Positions 13,549-25,155 of a stretch of DNA of 64,000 nt are shown here, piece after piece. A program made the position numbers and the translations under genes. How positions within the stretch are numbered: the stretch's first letter is position 1; every line of letters starts with the position of its first letter. Location: contig OX597826.1 of the NCBI GenBank assembly GCA_951406725.2, positions 78,678,001-78,742,000 of the forward strand, given 5' to 3'. A model generated the notes under the pieces. It had not been told where the DNA came from. It searched no databases and worked only from the letters and a program-made list of their open reading frames with translations. This stretch comes from Octopus vulgaris. Taxonomy: Eukaryota.

Positions 13549-14480
13549 TTTCCGTGAGAGTTAGAGGTTGGGAAGCCAACCAACTAAGGGATAGTACCTA
13601 TCCAATATACTGCTGGTAGTGTACCCAGTTATTAATACCCAAGTGCTGGTTATTGTGTAGCAATTTCGCAATCGAGTGTCATATCTGCGGTGGTAAAAAG
13701 TAGTTTACCCTTAAGTTATACGGCAAAAAGTAAATGGTGGGCGGGGATACAAAAATGACATACATCAGCCGGTAGACATTCTATTACGTCTATTTAATCC
13801 AAAACAGAATAGATACACATGCAAAGACTGTGTACTACACAAATATATACTAGTTATAGTAATAACAGTAATACATAAAAGAGTAAAAAATTAAAAGATC
13901 AGGTCCTTACGGCCGTTTCTGTCAAGAGGCCACGATAGCCTCCATGCTACCTCCATCTCTTCAGTGTTCTGTAGGGATAGGTAGGTAGAGTTTGGATGTT
14001 GAGTGTGCCTCTAGGCTTCATCAGAAGGTCTAAAGGGTTAGGAGAGCCGATACATATAAGAGTCAGTTACTAATAGGTACAGTATATTTTTCTTATTAAA
14101 GAGGGCATAAGAAGAATAGGAGCATAAGTTAGAGTGTAAGAGGAGTAAAATTTAGTAAAATGGATTAGATATAGGAAAGGGAAATAAGTCATAGACTTTA
14201 AATGTCGCTTTCCAAGATTCATGTTATTTTGTGAAGTGGTGGAAAGGTAGGTATAGTCGTTCTAAGGATGAATTTTTTTAGGAAGGGTAAATTTAGGCAG
14301 TGGTTGTTATTTTGTTTAAATATAAATACATGTTATGTTTGTGTTTACAGTGGTGGCTTTGAAAGCATGGTCTGTGTTTCAGAGGTGGAAGTTTATATGT
14401 AGGATGCCAGTTGGTACTAAAAAGAGTATGGCACCAGGTGATGACCAAAGTACGATGCTCGTGTTTGTTATTTTTTCGAT
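13548..14480 (-). mobile_element. Probable Penelope-like element 3' end / pseudo-LTR
   Basis: Contains a hammerhead-like motif (13901-14030) and ends at (TATC)n; any upstream coding similarity is too decayed to confirm. Confidence 0.45.
13901..14030 (-). ncRNA. Type I hammerhead-like motif with ~98-nt stem II domain
   Basis: Minus strand: cctt-CTGATGA-a-gcctagaggc...gcctcttgac-a-GAAAC-ggcc-GTA-agg; stem III palindrome ACGGCCGT; stem I only about 3 bp. Confidence 0.6.
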
Positions 14481-14574
14481 CAAGTCTCTGAATCCTTGTG
14501 TGCAGTGGGGTGGTGGTTATGGTCATATATTGCGTGTGCGTGTGTGTGTGTGTGTATGAAGGCATTCACGGTAT

Positions 14575-14848
14575 CGACCAAGCTATCGGATGTTGTTATA
14601 CATCGCTGATCACAATGCGCTTTGCCTTGTTCCCAGCTTTCAAATGAAGCCACCCTTCTGGGTTCCCTGATCGGAAGGATATTCCGTTCCCGATGCAGAG
14701 TGGTCACCCATTTACAGCTGAGTGGACTGGGGCAACGTGAGATGAAAGGTTTCTCTCAGGAGCACAACGCACCACCCAGTCTGGAAATCGAAACCACGAT
14801 CTAGCAATCGTGAGTACTACGCTCTAACCACTATGCCACGCGCCTTCG
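14575..14848 (-). mobile_element. Family C-head SINE with alternative tail
   Basis: Head like 1255-1592; tail like 55335-55628 and 17755-17840. Confidence 0.7.
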
Positions 14849-15542
14849 AGCACACACACACACACACACACACACATACAAATACATATACATGTACATA
14901 TACATATATATATATATATATTCCTCTTTCTTTCTATCTCTGTTATCTAATACTACAGAACATTAATCCTCAACTCCTCCATTCTCTCTCTCTCTCTTTC
15001 TTTCTCTTTATCTCTCCCCCACGCTCTCTCTCTCTCTCTCTCTCTCTTCCTCTCTCACTCTCTCTAAATATGTCATCCACTTTTCGTAATATTCCTTCCA
15101 TTGTTTGCTTCCCGTCTCCCCTCAAGGCTTGAACCGAAGTCCGTTCTTTTGGAGTATCACATACAAATAGATCGGATTCAGTGTAATTCTATAGAGTTCC
15201 ACGCAGGGAAAAAATAAACCTTTCGGGAGAAATATTAAATTTGGCAGCTTATAATGCAAAAATTAGATTTCTAATTACCTTCACAAATTTAATATTGTGA
15301 AAACATTTCACACAGGAATACGTACAGTCACATACACGCACCGACGCGTGTGTACGCAAGCACAGTTTAGAACAATGACACACACACACACACACAGGTA
15401 GACAGATTGAGGCGCAGAGCTGTAAATACACTCAGAGACAAGTAAATTCTTACAAAATGGAGTAATCAAAATGCAACAGAGATGTATGCATGTATGCCTG
15501 TTTATCTTAAAGGCTCATTTCTATACACGTGTAAATACATAC

Positions 15543-15586
<44 letters not shown>

Positions 15587-15602
15587 CGTGTGAATATTAT
15601 AT

Positions 15603-15647
<45 letters not shown>

Positions 15648-15663
15648 CCTGTGAATATTATAT

Positions 15664-15700
<37 letters not shown>

Positions 15701-16141
15701 TGTGAATATTAAATTATATTATATATATATACATACATACATGTATGTGTGCACATAATTACATATATGCTTACATGCATATATATATGCATATATGCAG
15801 ACGGTCGCACACACACGCACACACACACACACATACACATACACACACACACACTACCTAACGCTTAGAGAAAGAAACGTGACTCACGTTTTCATAACAT
15901 ACGCCAAGGCACGTTATTGTATGTGTATGTATGTACATGCATATTGCGTTCGTGTGTTTGTGTGTGAATCAAATATGTGTGTGTTTGTCAAACATATGTA
16001 TACACATACATACATTCATGTAAACACACACAGGCCGACACATCTATACACACATAATGCATATTTGTGTGTGTATGTCTGTCTGTGCCCCGTCAACTAC
16101 CGCACACACGCAAAACAAAATTATTATTATTATTATTATTA

Positions 16142-16188
<47 letters not shown>

Positions 16189-16531
16189 GCCTTTGCACAG
16201 CTTCTAACGCAGATAATGTACTACAGTGTCAGCTGTTCACTACCAGTAAGGGTAACACCCCTTATTTTTCGAGCACCTTCCGGAGTATTCGAGCAGTTCC
16301 AAGCAGTGATGTTTTCTGCAAGTGCTCCACCCTTATTACAGCCCCTATTTGTTCCGTGTACTTCTCAAGATTTTTACTCACTGTTCGCAGGGTTCCGACA
16401 ATTATTGCTACTACTACCACCTTTTTCAGCAACCACAACTGCTTAACCTCCCAAGCTAACCTGTCATATCTCTCGACTTTTCTTTCTTCCTTATCGCATA
16501 CCTTGTTGTCAGCTGGGCATGCTATATCTAC
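16189..16531 (-). pseudogene. Dong/R4-like LINE 3' end in (TAA)n
   Basis: DIACPADNKVCDKEERKVERYDRLAWEVKQLW...IIVGTL...LQKTSLLGTARILRKVLEK*, then a short UTR and (TAA)n. Confidence 0.9.
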
Positions 16532-16540
16532 TATTATTAT

Positions 16541-16590
<50 letters not shown>

Positions 16591-16601
16591 TTATTGTTAT
16601 T

Positions 16602-16665
16602 CTTTATCACAGGTTTTGTTGGAGCTCCTGTAGTCTTACATGCGTAGTGGGCTTGCTACCTGCAA
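16602..16665 (-). mobile_element. 3'-terminal stub of the Dong-like family seen at 19250-19535
   Basis: CAGGTTTTGTTGGAGCTCCTGTAGTCTTACATGCGTAGTGGGCTTG vs CAGGTTTTGTTGTAACTCCTGGAGCCTTGCATGCGTAGCGGGCTTG (19263-). Confidence 0.7.
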
Positions 16666-16677
16666 TTGTTGTTGTTG

Positions 16678-16681
<4 letters not shown>

Positions 16682-16729
<48 letters not shown>

Positions 16730-16839
16730 CATTATTATTATTATTATTATCATTATTATTATCATTATTATTATCATTATTATTATTATTATTATCATTA
16801 TTATTATTATTATTATCATTATTATTATCATTATTATTA

Positions 16840-16888
<49 letters not shown>

Positions 16889-16935
16889 CATTATTATTAT
16901 TATTATTATTATCATTATTATTATCATTATTATTA

Positions 16936-16972
<37 letters not shown>

Positions 16973-17070
16973 CATTATTATTATCATTATTATTATTATT
17001 ATTATCATTATTATTATTATTATTATCATTATTATTATCATTATTATTATCATTATTATCATTATTATTA

Positions 17071-17101
<31 letters not shown>

Positions 17102-17400
17102 CATTATTATTATTATTATTATCATTATTATTATCATTATTATTATCATTATTATCATTATTATTATCATTATTATTATTATTATTATTATTATCATTAT
17201 TATTATTATTATTATTATCATTATTATTATCATTATTATTATCATTATTATTATCATTATTATTATCATTACTATCATTATTATTATTATTATTATCATT
17301 ATTATTATCATTATTATTATCATTATTATTATCATTATTATTATCATTATTATTATTATTATTATTATCATTATTATCATTATTTATTATTATTATTATT
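16682..17400. repeat. ~720-bp (ATT)n microsatellite with interspersed ATC units
   Basis: Directly visible. Confidence 0.95.
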
Positions 17401-17754
17401 CCTCATCTCATACTGAAGATTTGATAGAATTTCAATTAAATTCTAATTTCTTCGTAAACAGGTACAAAAAGGTTATCGACTGCTTCTTCAAATTACTTCC
17501 CCTGCCCTTTGGATAGTCGCAAAATTCCGCTGCTGCTGGGAAGACCAACATTTAAATGCATGTTATTTATACAGACACTGACACCCACGCATACACATGT
17601 AACACATATGTTCACCTATAAACAACTCACAAAGTATATCTCGTGTTTATTAAAGATGCACGAATATGATAAACATTTTTTTTATCTTACCGTTCCATCT
17701 TCGTGCAGAAAATGATTCCAATTTCTTGGAATATATACATATATATGTAACCGT

Positions 17755-18022
17755 ATCAGCTGGTCACAATGTGCTTTGCATTGTTTTAGCCTTCAAATGC
17801 ATTGTTTAGCCTTCAAATGACGCCACCCCACTGGCTAAGCGAGCAGGCCAACAGAAGAAAGAGTGAAAGAAAGTTGTGGCGAAAGAGTACGGCAGGGATC
17901 GTCACCACCCCCTGCCGGAGCCTCGTGGAGCTTTAGGTGTTTTCGCTCAATAAACACACACAATGCGCGGTCTGGGAATCGAAACCGCGATCCTACGACC
18001 GCGAGTCCGCTACCCTAACCAC
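17755..18022 (-). mobile_element. Family D-head SINE with family C-type tail, 5' end clipped
   Basis: GGGAATCGAAACC (B-box, reverse complement) and centre as in 8253-8610; tail as in 14575-14660. Confidence 0.75.
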
Positions 18023-18085
18023 TGTACCCCGGAGGGGAACCTCCTCTTAGGTGCACCCATGGTCATTCGTGACCGATGGAGTTGA

Positions 18086-18136
<51 letters not shown>

Positions 18137-18207
18137 TACACACTCAACTCCATCGGTCACGAATGACCATGGGTGCACCTAAGAGGAGGTTCCCCCTCCG
18201 GGGTACA
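18023..18207. repeat. Near-perfect palindrome: ~68-bp arms around a (TA)n centre
   Basis: 18023-18090 is the reverse complement of about 18139-18207 apart from one G in a homopolymer run. Confidence 0.9.
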
Positions 18208-18505
18208 AGTCTGGGCAGAAAGTCGCCTCGCGGTTGAACGCACAACCCAGGGTTGATTTTATGGAAGACCAGCGGTCGCCCATGCATACCAGCCTCCTCT
18301 CTGCACGCAACCAATGTTATCCGAGGAAAAGGCAAAGGCTGATACAGTTTGGCACCAGTGATGTCGCAACTCATTTCTACAGCTGAGTGAACTAGAGCAA
18401 TGGGGAAAAAAAGTTTCTTCCTCAAGATCACAACGAGCAGCCCGGTCCGGGAATCGAACTCACAAACTCACGATCGTCAGCTCGACGCTCTAACCACTGA
18501 GCCAC
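18143..18505 (-). mobile_element. Family C SINE
   Basis: Collinear with 1255-1592; head TGGCTCAGTGGTTAGAGCG, B-box GTTCGATTCCC. Confidence 0.8.
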
Positions 18506-18525
18506 ATACATATATATGTACATAT

Positions 18526-19090
18526 TTTTATTTGCGGTTGAAGCTTTGGCTGTTATTTCTAGTGGGTGAATGGCCTATTATGGCCGTTCCTTTATTGTTG
18601 ATGTTGAACTTAAAAATGGTCTATGACTATTTTAATTTTTTCCTACTAGGCCGCTGGTGGCAAAAGAATTCTACAAAATTTTTTTTGCCACCCTATATTG
18701 ATTAATTATGAATTTTCTGGTTAATTCCGTAATGGAATCGACGGCTTATATTTATTTGCTGCCGATAAATTTGGCGCGAGTGCGACGATTTGAAAATTTT
18801 AGGTCAGATATTAACTTGGCAACGTCGGAAATGCCTCGTGAAAATATCTGTTCCGTCTTGGGCTATTTCTTACTGATGAATCTGAGGGCCTGTGGAAGAT
18901 TGGCTTGATTTAATTTAATCAGGTTAGTTTACCATTAATCAGCAGATGAAACGGTATATCGTATAAGAAATTACAGGGTAAATGTTTTTAAATTTTCTCC
19001 TGGTTTACTGAATTAACTTTTATTTGCGGTTGAAGCTTTGGCTGTTATTTCTAGTGGGTGAATGGCCTATTATGGCCGTTCCTTTATTGT

Positions 19091-19094
<4 letters not shown>
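18526..19094 (+). mobile_element. Non-coding hammerhead-bearing element with identical 77-bp terminal direct repeats (492-bp period); retrozyme or PLE pseudo-LTR-like
   Basis: 18526-18602 is identical to 19018-19094; hammerhead at 18865-18971; TA-rich left flank and (TA)n right flank. Confidence 0.8.
18865..18971 (+). ncRNA. Type I hammerhead ribozyme motif, canonical core
   Basis: atttctta-CTGATGA-atctg...cagat-GAAAC-ggtatatc-GTA-taagaaat: 8-bp stem I, 5-bp stem II base, near-palindromic stem III; predicted cut after 18963. Confidence 0.85.
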
Positions 19095-19144
<50 letters not shown>

Positions 19145-19249
19145 CGCACACATATATGCATATGATTGATTGATTCTAGTTTCAGCTTATGAGCTGTGGC
19201 CATGCTGGGGCACCGCCATTTATATTATTATCATATTATTATCATTATT

Positions 19250-19535
19250 TTTTTTTCATCTCAGGTTTTGTTGTAACTCCTGGAGCCTTGCATGCGTAGC
19301 GGGCTTGATGCCTTCAGCCTACCGTACCATGCTATCTGTTCTTTTCAACAATTTAATGTTTTCCCGATTATTCTGGCCGTGCCAAGGAGGCAAACCTTTT
19401 GTAACAGTTCGACTGGGCACTCTATTCCGATTTCCTTTATATTCCTCTTGATGCCTTCTGATATTGTCCCCGAGAAACCAACAATAATTTGCACTATTTT
19501 CATCTTCTTTGTTTTCCATAGGTGTGCTATTTTGT
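19250..19535 (-). pseudogene. Dong/R4-like LINE 3' end (second family)
   Basis: IAHLWKTKKMKIVQIIVGFSGTI...IGIECPVELLQKVCLLGTARII; UTR ends in degenerate (TAA)n. Confidence 0.85.
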
Positions 19536-19591
19536 ACTTAAGAGAATTGTATATATCTATTAATTATTATTTTTTTTTTTTTTTTTATTAG

Positions 19592-19675
19592 CATTTTTTG
19601 TTTCCATTTCTTGTCGAGTGCCTTCCTGACACCTAGGACAGAGAAACGTACTGTATACATTGGTAGGCCATTAAA
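19592..19675 (-). mobile_element. 3' UTR stub related to 52445-52732 and 45972-46082
   Basis: TTCCATTTCTTGTCGAGTG...CCTAGG...GTATACATTGGTAGGCCATTAAA is shared with 45997-46070. Confidence 0.7.
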
Positions 19676-19769
19676 ATAAGTACACCATATTGTTCATTTA
19701 CGGAGTCATGTGAAAGGGAAAGACAGAGAAAAAGGAAAAGATTAAATTTTTTTTAATATTATTATTATT

Positions 19770-19838
<69 letters not shown>

Positions 19839-19840
19839 GC

Positions 19841-20112
19841 GAGGGCGCATGGCTTGGTAGGTAAGATGTTGCACTCACGATGGCTAGATCGTTATTTCAA
19901 TTCTTAGACCGATTGGTGCGTTGTGTTCTTGAGCGAAACACTTCATTTCACGTTGCTCTGCGATCTCTCCGACACCTGACGCGTGCTACACCGCGAAGGC
20001 AACGTTGATCTCAGGGAGAGAGTGAGTTAATGTGCGGCACGATCGTTTGATCCCTATAAACAAATCGTTTGTGCAGGCCGATCGGCAAAAATCGAACGCT
20101 CATACGTCGTCA
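19841..20112 (+). mobile_element. Family C-head SINE with a third tail type
   Basis: GGCGCATGGCTTGGTAGG head and GTTGTGTTCTTGAGCGAAACACTTCATTTCACGTTGCTC centre; distinct 3' part. Confidence 0.65.
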
Positions 20113-20236
20113 TTATTATTATCAAATTGAAACTGGGAGTTTATCTAATGTATCGAGTTCCATGCCAGTGAGATCATTAGGTGATCATCATATATGTATA
20201 TATGTATATATATATATATACATCCTATATTGGATG

Positions 20237-20718
20237 AAAAAATTCTATATATCTAGGGAAATTACTTGGCACATCTTGATTACCTCCCTCCCATTACTTT
20301 TTAATATATCTTATTGCCTCCTGATATATTTACTAAATTGATAAAGTTTTTCTCCACAGGTAGTAAATATTATGTCTAACATATTCTTTCAATTCGACTC
20401 CTTAATAAAACAAGTCACCATTTACTAGCTAATTATGATTCTATATTAATAGAAATAGAGATATATTTATATGAAATAATTACAAAAAATTCTATATATC
20501 TAGAGAAATTAGTTGGTTCATCTTGATTACCTCCCTTTCATTACCTTTTAATATATCTTATTGACTCCTGATATATGTGCTAAATTAATAAAGTTTTTCT
20601 CCACGGGTAGTAAATATTATATCTAACTCATTAAAAAAATCACCATTTACTAGCTAATTATGATTATATATTAATAGAAATGGCTATATATATATTTATA
20701 TAAATATGAAATGATTTC
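20237..20718. repeat. Diverged tandem duplication (~247-bp unit)
   Basis: AAAAAATTCTATATATCTAG... starts at 20237 and 20484; collinear through CACCATTTACTAGCTAATTATGATT. Confidence 0.85.
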
Positions 20719-21508
20719 TATATTTTCTATCCCTATATAAGTTACTAATATTTATTGAAATCCTTTAGGAAAATGTCTAAAGAATATTTACTTAAATTTC
20801 TTAATATAGAATCTGGATGTCAAATGGTAAGGGACATTAAAACCTCTAGAGCACTAGTAGTCTATGTTCCCCTACCCCTCTAACTTCAACCTACTAGCTT
20901 TTTGCTATAATACATTCAAATGTAACTGGACTGAATTCCTCAAAATGGGAATAGGTTTATGGTTTTGACATTTGTACTACCACTTCCTATATCTATAAAT
21001 AGAAAACATTCTTTGTCTCCATCCAACCAAAAATAAATCTCCCTCCCCACCAACAGATCTAAATAACAAAGTGAACTCAATGATAAAATCTACAGTCAGA
21101 GAGTAAATTTACTACTATCATGTTCTTAGGAATGAAATCAACCTCTCTGTCTATATACCTACCCTCTTTATAATGTTGGCAAACGAAATAGAGATAAGAA
21201 TGTGCATTGTCCGTTTGAATGGAAAATTCTATAAGTGGCTGAAGATTGCTCGACATTTTAAAACTGATGTAATACTTACAGTGTTTAATAAAATGAAGTA
21301 GCATGAAACAAATGTACTACTCTACCTCGGATATACTTGTTGCTTATTTTGATATATATATATATTCCACCGTGCCCATCTCCCTATACAGATGCACATA
21401 CAACACCCCTTTCCTTTCTTTTTATCTCCCCCCCTCCAAGAACTGCATTCCCACCCGACCCTTAAATAGCTTTTTCTTCTTTCCACCATTTTACCTCCTT
21501 TCTTTTTT

Positions 21509-21544
21509 TTTTCTGGTGAAGAGCTAGCGTGCGAAACATTAAAA
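21509..21544 (+). ncRNA. Decayed minimal hammerhead-like motif (relative of 28681-28715)
   Basis: tttt-CTGgTGA-a-gagctagcgtgc-GAAAC-aTT-aaaa; several core and stem mutations. Confidence 0.4.
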
Positions 21545-21676
21545 ACGCTTCAATTTCTCTTCCTTTCAAGCATTATATTAATAACACCTTTGTTAAAAAA
21601 TACACTTGTCCTTCTCGTTCTGCTGTTTTTTATATGTCGCTCATTCATCATGTGTGTGTGTTCGCGCGCATAAATG

Positions 21677-21721
<45 letters not shown>

Positions 21722-22365
21722 TCTCTTTCCCAGTCTATAAAAATCTCTACATACACGAACACCATTTAAAAGTTGGATTAATAATACACATGCAAATATA
21801 CACACGTTTCACATATATACAGCCGTGCAACAAGCACGCTTACTTAAATACACACTCACTCACACATACATACGCGCTCGTATGTATGTTCACAAAAAGC
21901 AAGAGAGGTAATTCATCGTAAGCGTAAATATTTGTCACCAGTAATAAAATGTCGATTAAATTTCTCCTTTGAATATTTTTTGTGTTGTTAATATAATGTT
22001 CGAGATAAAGGTTTTCACAGTTATTTCACAAAGGGAACCGTTTTTTCCTCCTTTGTGACTCTGTAATGACGAGTTTCGATTCGCTAATTTGAGATTCCTG
22101 CGCATATTTAACAGTGAAATACTCTCGTTTCGGATGTAATTTTTGCTCCTTTTATTTTCTTAATCGTTTAACTTGTTTCAGTCATTAAATGTCGGCCATG
22201 CTGGAGCACTGTCTTGAAGAATTGTTAGTCGAATGAATCGACCTCGATACTTCTTTTAAGACCCGTTGCTTATTCCTATCGAACACTTTTGCCGATCTGC
22301 TAAGTTACTTGACGTAAACTCAGCAACACCGATCCTCCAACAATGGTGGTGGACAAGCACACACA

Positions 22366-22553
22366 CTCCAAGATTTATTTATGTTTAACAACTGAAAGAA
22401 TTTCATAAAAGCATCTAAATATGAAACCTCATGTAAAATGTTCAAACTGAAGACCTTCTCGTAAACATTCATAATTGGAATGAATAAATAGAATTTAATA
22501 TTAAGTATTTATGGAATTTTGATTTACTGTCGGGTGACTTTTGGCCAACCCTG
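22366..22553. mobile_element. Tc1-like DNA transposon end (single TIR)
   Basis: Reverse complement reads CAGGGTTGGCCAAAAGTCACCCGACAG, a Tc1-style terminus next to a TA-rich tract; no partner TIR found. Confidence 0.45.
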
Positions 22554-22645
22554 CATATATATGTGTGTGTGTGTGTATACATGTCTACACCACCTGTCTT
22601 CGTCTTTTGTTTTTTTTGTGAATTCTCCTTATATATATATATATA

Positions 22646-22795
22646 GGTACAGGAGTGGCTGTGTGGTAAGTAACTTACTTACCAACCACATGGTTCCGGG
22701 TTCAGTCCCACTGTGGGCAAGTGTCTTCTACTATAGCCTCGGGCCGATCAAAGAATTGTGAGTGGATTTGGCAGACGGAAACTGAAAGAACCTCG

Positions 22796-22847
<52 letters not shown>

Positions 22848-23040
22848 TTGCGTGTCTGTGTTCGTCCCCCAACATCGCTTGACAACCGAGACTGGTGTGT
22901 TTACGTCCCCGTCACTTAGCGGTTCGGCAACAGAGACCGATAGAATAAGTACTAGGCTTACAAAGAATAAGTCCTGGGGTTGATTTGCTCGACTAAAGGC
23001 GATGCGACAGCATGGCCGCAGTCAAATTACTGAAATAAAT
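22646..23040 (+). mobile_element. Family B (CORE-like) SINE with internal (TG)n
   Basis: AGGAGTGGCTGTGTGGTAAG head, GGTTCAGTCCC B-box, GGGCAAGTGTCTTCTACTATAGCCTC centre. Confidence 0.85.
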
Positions 23041-23088
23041 AAAGGAATTTTAAAAAATAAAAGAATATGTATATATACACACACACAT

Positions 23089-23240
23089 TCAGTTTTCGTC
23101 TTTTAAATGTAATCACAGGGCTTTGGTCGGCCCAAGACTATAGTAGAAGACACTTGCCGAAAGTGCCACACAGTGGGACTGAACCTGGAACTATGTGGTT
23201 CGTAAGCATGCCACTTACCACACAGCCACTCCTACGCCTA
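23089..23240 (-). mobile_element. Family B SINE 5' half, inverted relative to its neighbour
   Basis: Reverse complement of about 22646-22795. Confidence 0.8.
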
Positions 23241-24128
23241 TAAGAGAGGATTTTGAAGAAAATAACATTTCTAATGGAGAGGAACATATATTATAAAAAA
23301 GAAAATGTCAGCTTACTTCACTGCATGCGGAGATAAACTATCTCTATCAGCCACGCCATGTTTTTCTTCCAACGTAAAAGAATTTGTAGTTAGTGCGAAT
23401 TTATCTAGTTTCATGTGGTTTATGAGAAATAAGTAAAAATTATGAATATTTCATTTTTTAAGATGCTCAAGCTTTAATATGGATTTTCTAACGCGTTGAA
23501 TTATATTTTGAAAAGTCTGATTCGTACTTAGCGGTGCATCGTTTGCGGCCCACCGGTATAGATTAAGATAATCCATAAAAAATTAAATTATTTTCGAACA
23601 CCATTTAAATATTAGGCTTCCGTGATTTACTTACGAATGAGGAAAATAATTCGGAAAATATATTCTCAAGTTTCAAATGCTTTTAAGTGAAAATTAAACA
23701 GAAATTTAAAACTGTTTTCAGCATTTGGGGTTGGATAAATGATGTAAAAAAAAAACCCAGAAAATTTATATAAATCTATTTGTATATGCCACTGTGTATG
23801 TGTGTGTTTGCGTATGTGTGAGTGTGTGTGAGTGTGTATAAATGTGTCTCTGTGCGAGCATGGCCCTCCTTTTTACTCCGCTCCAAATCTAACTGAAATT
23901 AAAATCAAGATGATCCGGTAGAGAAACTTCATATCCGCGCAACTTGCTGAAGGCAGTGACTAAGTATTCATTGCCAATCGTTCAAAACTGGAAATCTATG
24001 GAATAGAATTACCTAACACACCATAAATCCTATTAATTATATTATTATATGCCTCATATGTGTATGTGTGTATGTTCTTATATATATATATATATATATA
24101 TGTGTATGTATATATATATATATGTGTG

Positions 24129-24220
<92 letters not shown>

Positions 24221-24489
24221 CGTACAACAATCAGAAAATCATAATTTCTATACTAGGATGTCATTCTCTCTCTCTTTCTCTCCCTCTTTATCTCTCTCTC
24301 TCTTTCTCTCCCTCTTTATCTCTCTCTCTCTTTCTCTCCCTCTTTATCTCTCTCTCTCTATCTCTCTCTCTAATTTTACACACAGACATGCGCAGATACA
24401 CACCCACACACACACACACACACATACGCACACACACATACGCACGCACACACACATACGCACGCACACACACACATACATGTACTCGT

Positions 24490-24746
24490 CTTCGTTCCTC
24501 TATATCTTTCACAACATATATGGTGTCCTTCAGGCTGATGTTTCCTCTTCGGAACCCTTCATCATTCGCAGAGGAATGAAACAGGGCTGGTCGCTCGTCT
24601 CCCACCCCATCCCCGTGTCATTCGGCATCTCCATCTTTTTATACCGCTGAAACACGCCGTTTGGGCATCAGTCCAGTGTGCTTGCCTTCACACGGGTTCA
24701 AACGGAAGACTGTTCAGCTTTTCACGACTGAGGACGAAAATCAAAA
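24490..24746 (+). pseudogene. RTE-clade (BovB-like) LINE reverse transcriptase fragment
   Basis: FHNIYGVLQADVSSSEPFIIRRGMKQG...FGI / LKHAV...LHTGSNGRLFSFSRLRTK matches the RTE pattern SEPF.I..GVKQGC / TRSDGRLFNL.RLRAKTK. Confidence 0.8.
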
Positions 24747-24749
24747 TAT

Positions 24750-24915
24750 GCCGCAGGCGTGGCTGTGTGGTAACAAGCTTGCTTTCCCAACCACATGGTT
24801 TCAGGTTCAGTCACACAGTGTGGCACCTTGGGTAAATGTTTTCAACTATATCCTCGGACCGAACAAGACTTTGTCAGTGGATTTGGTAGACGGAAACTGA
24901 AACAAGACCATCGTA
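24750..24915 (+). mobile_element. Family B SINE 5' half
   Basis: GCAGGCGTGGCTGTGTGGTAA...GTGGCACCTTGGG...GGTAGACGGAAACTGAAA. Confidence 0.8.
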
Positions 24916-25155
24916 TATACATACATGGTGTGACAGGTAAATTGTTGCTATTGTATATTTTTAATTTCGCTCATGCGCATTGTTTGCTTTTGATTTTCTT
25001 GACTACACAGTATAGTAGGGTCAGTTGGGCACAGTGACCCACAACAAAATTTGTTTAGAGGCTGCAAACCCAGGTCCAAATTTTTTAATGAAAAATGTGG
25101 ATTTTTTCAATGTTAACATTAAAACAAATGCAGGTATAATAATATTTTTTATTAT

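Noticed and set aside
15795-17516. 573-aa ORF, the longest in the window
   Set aside because: Made of (CA)n, (ATT)n and the antisense strand of a Dong-like fragment; poly-Ile/Tyr with no domain.
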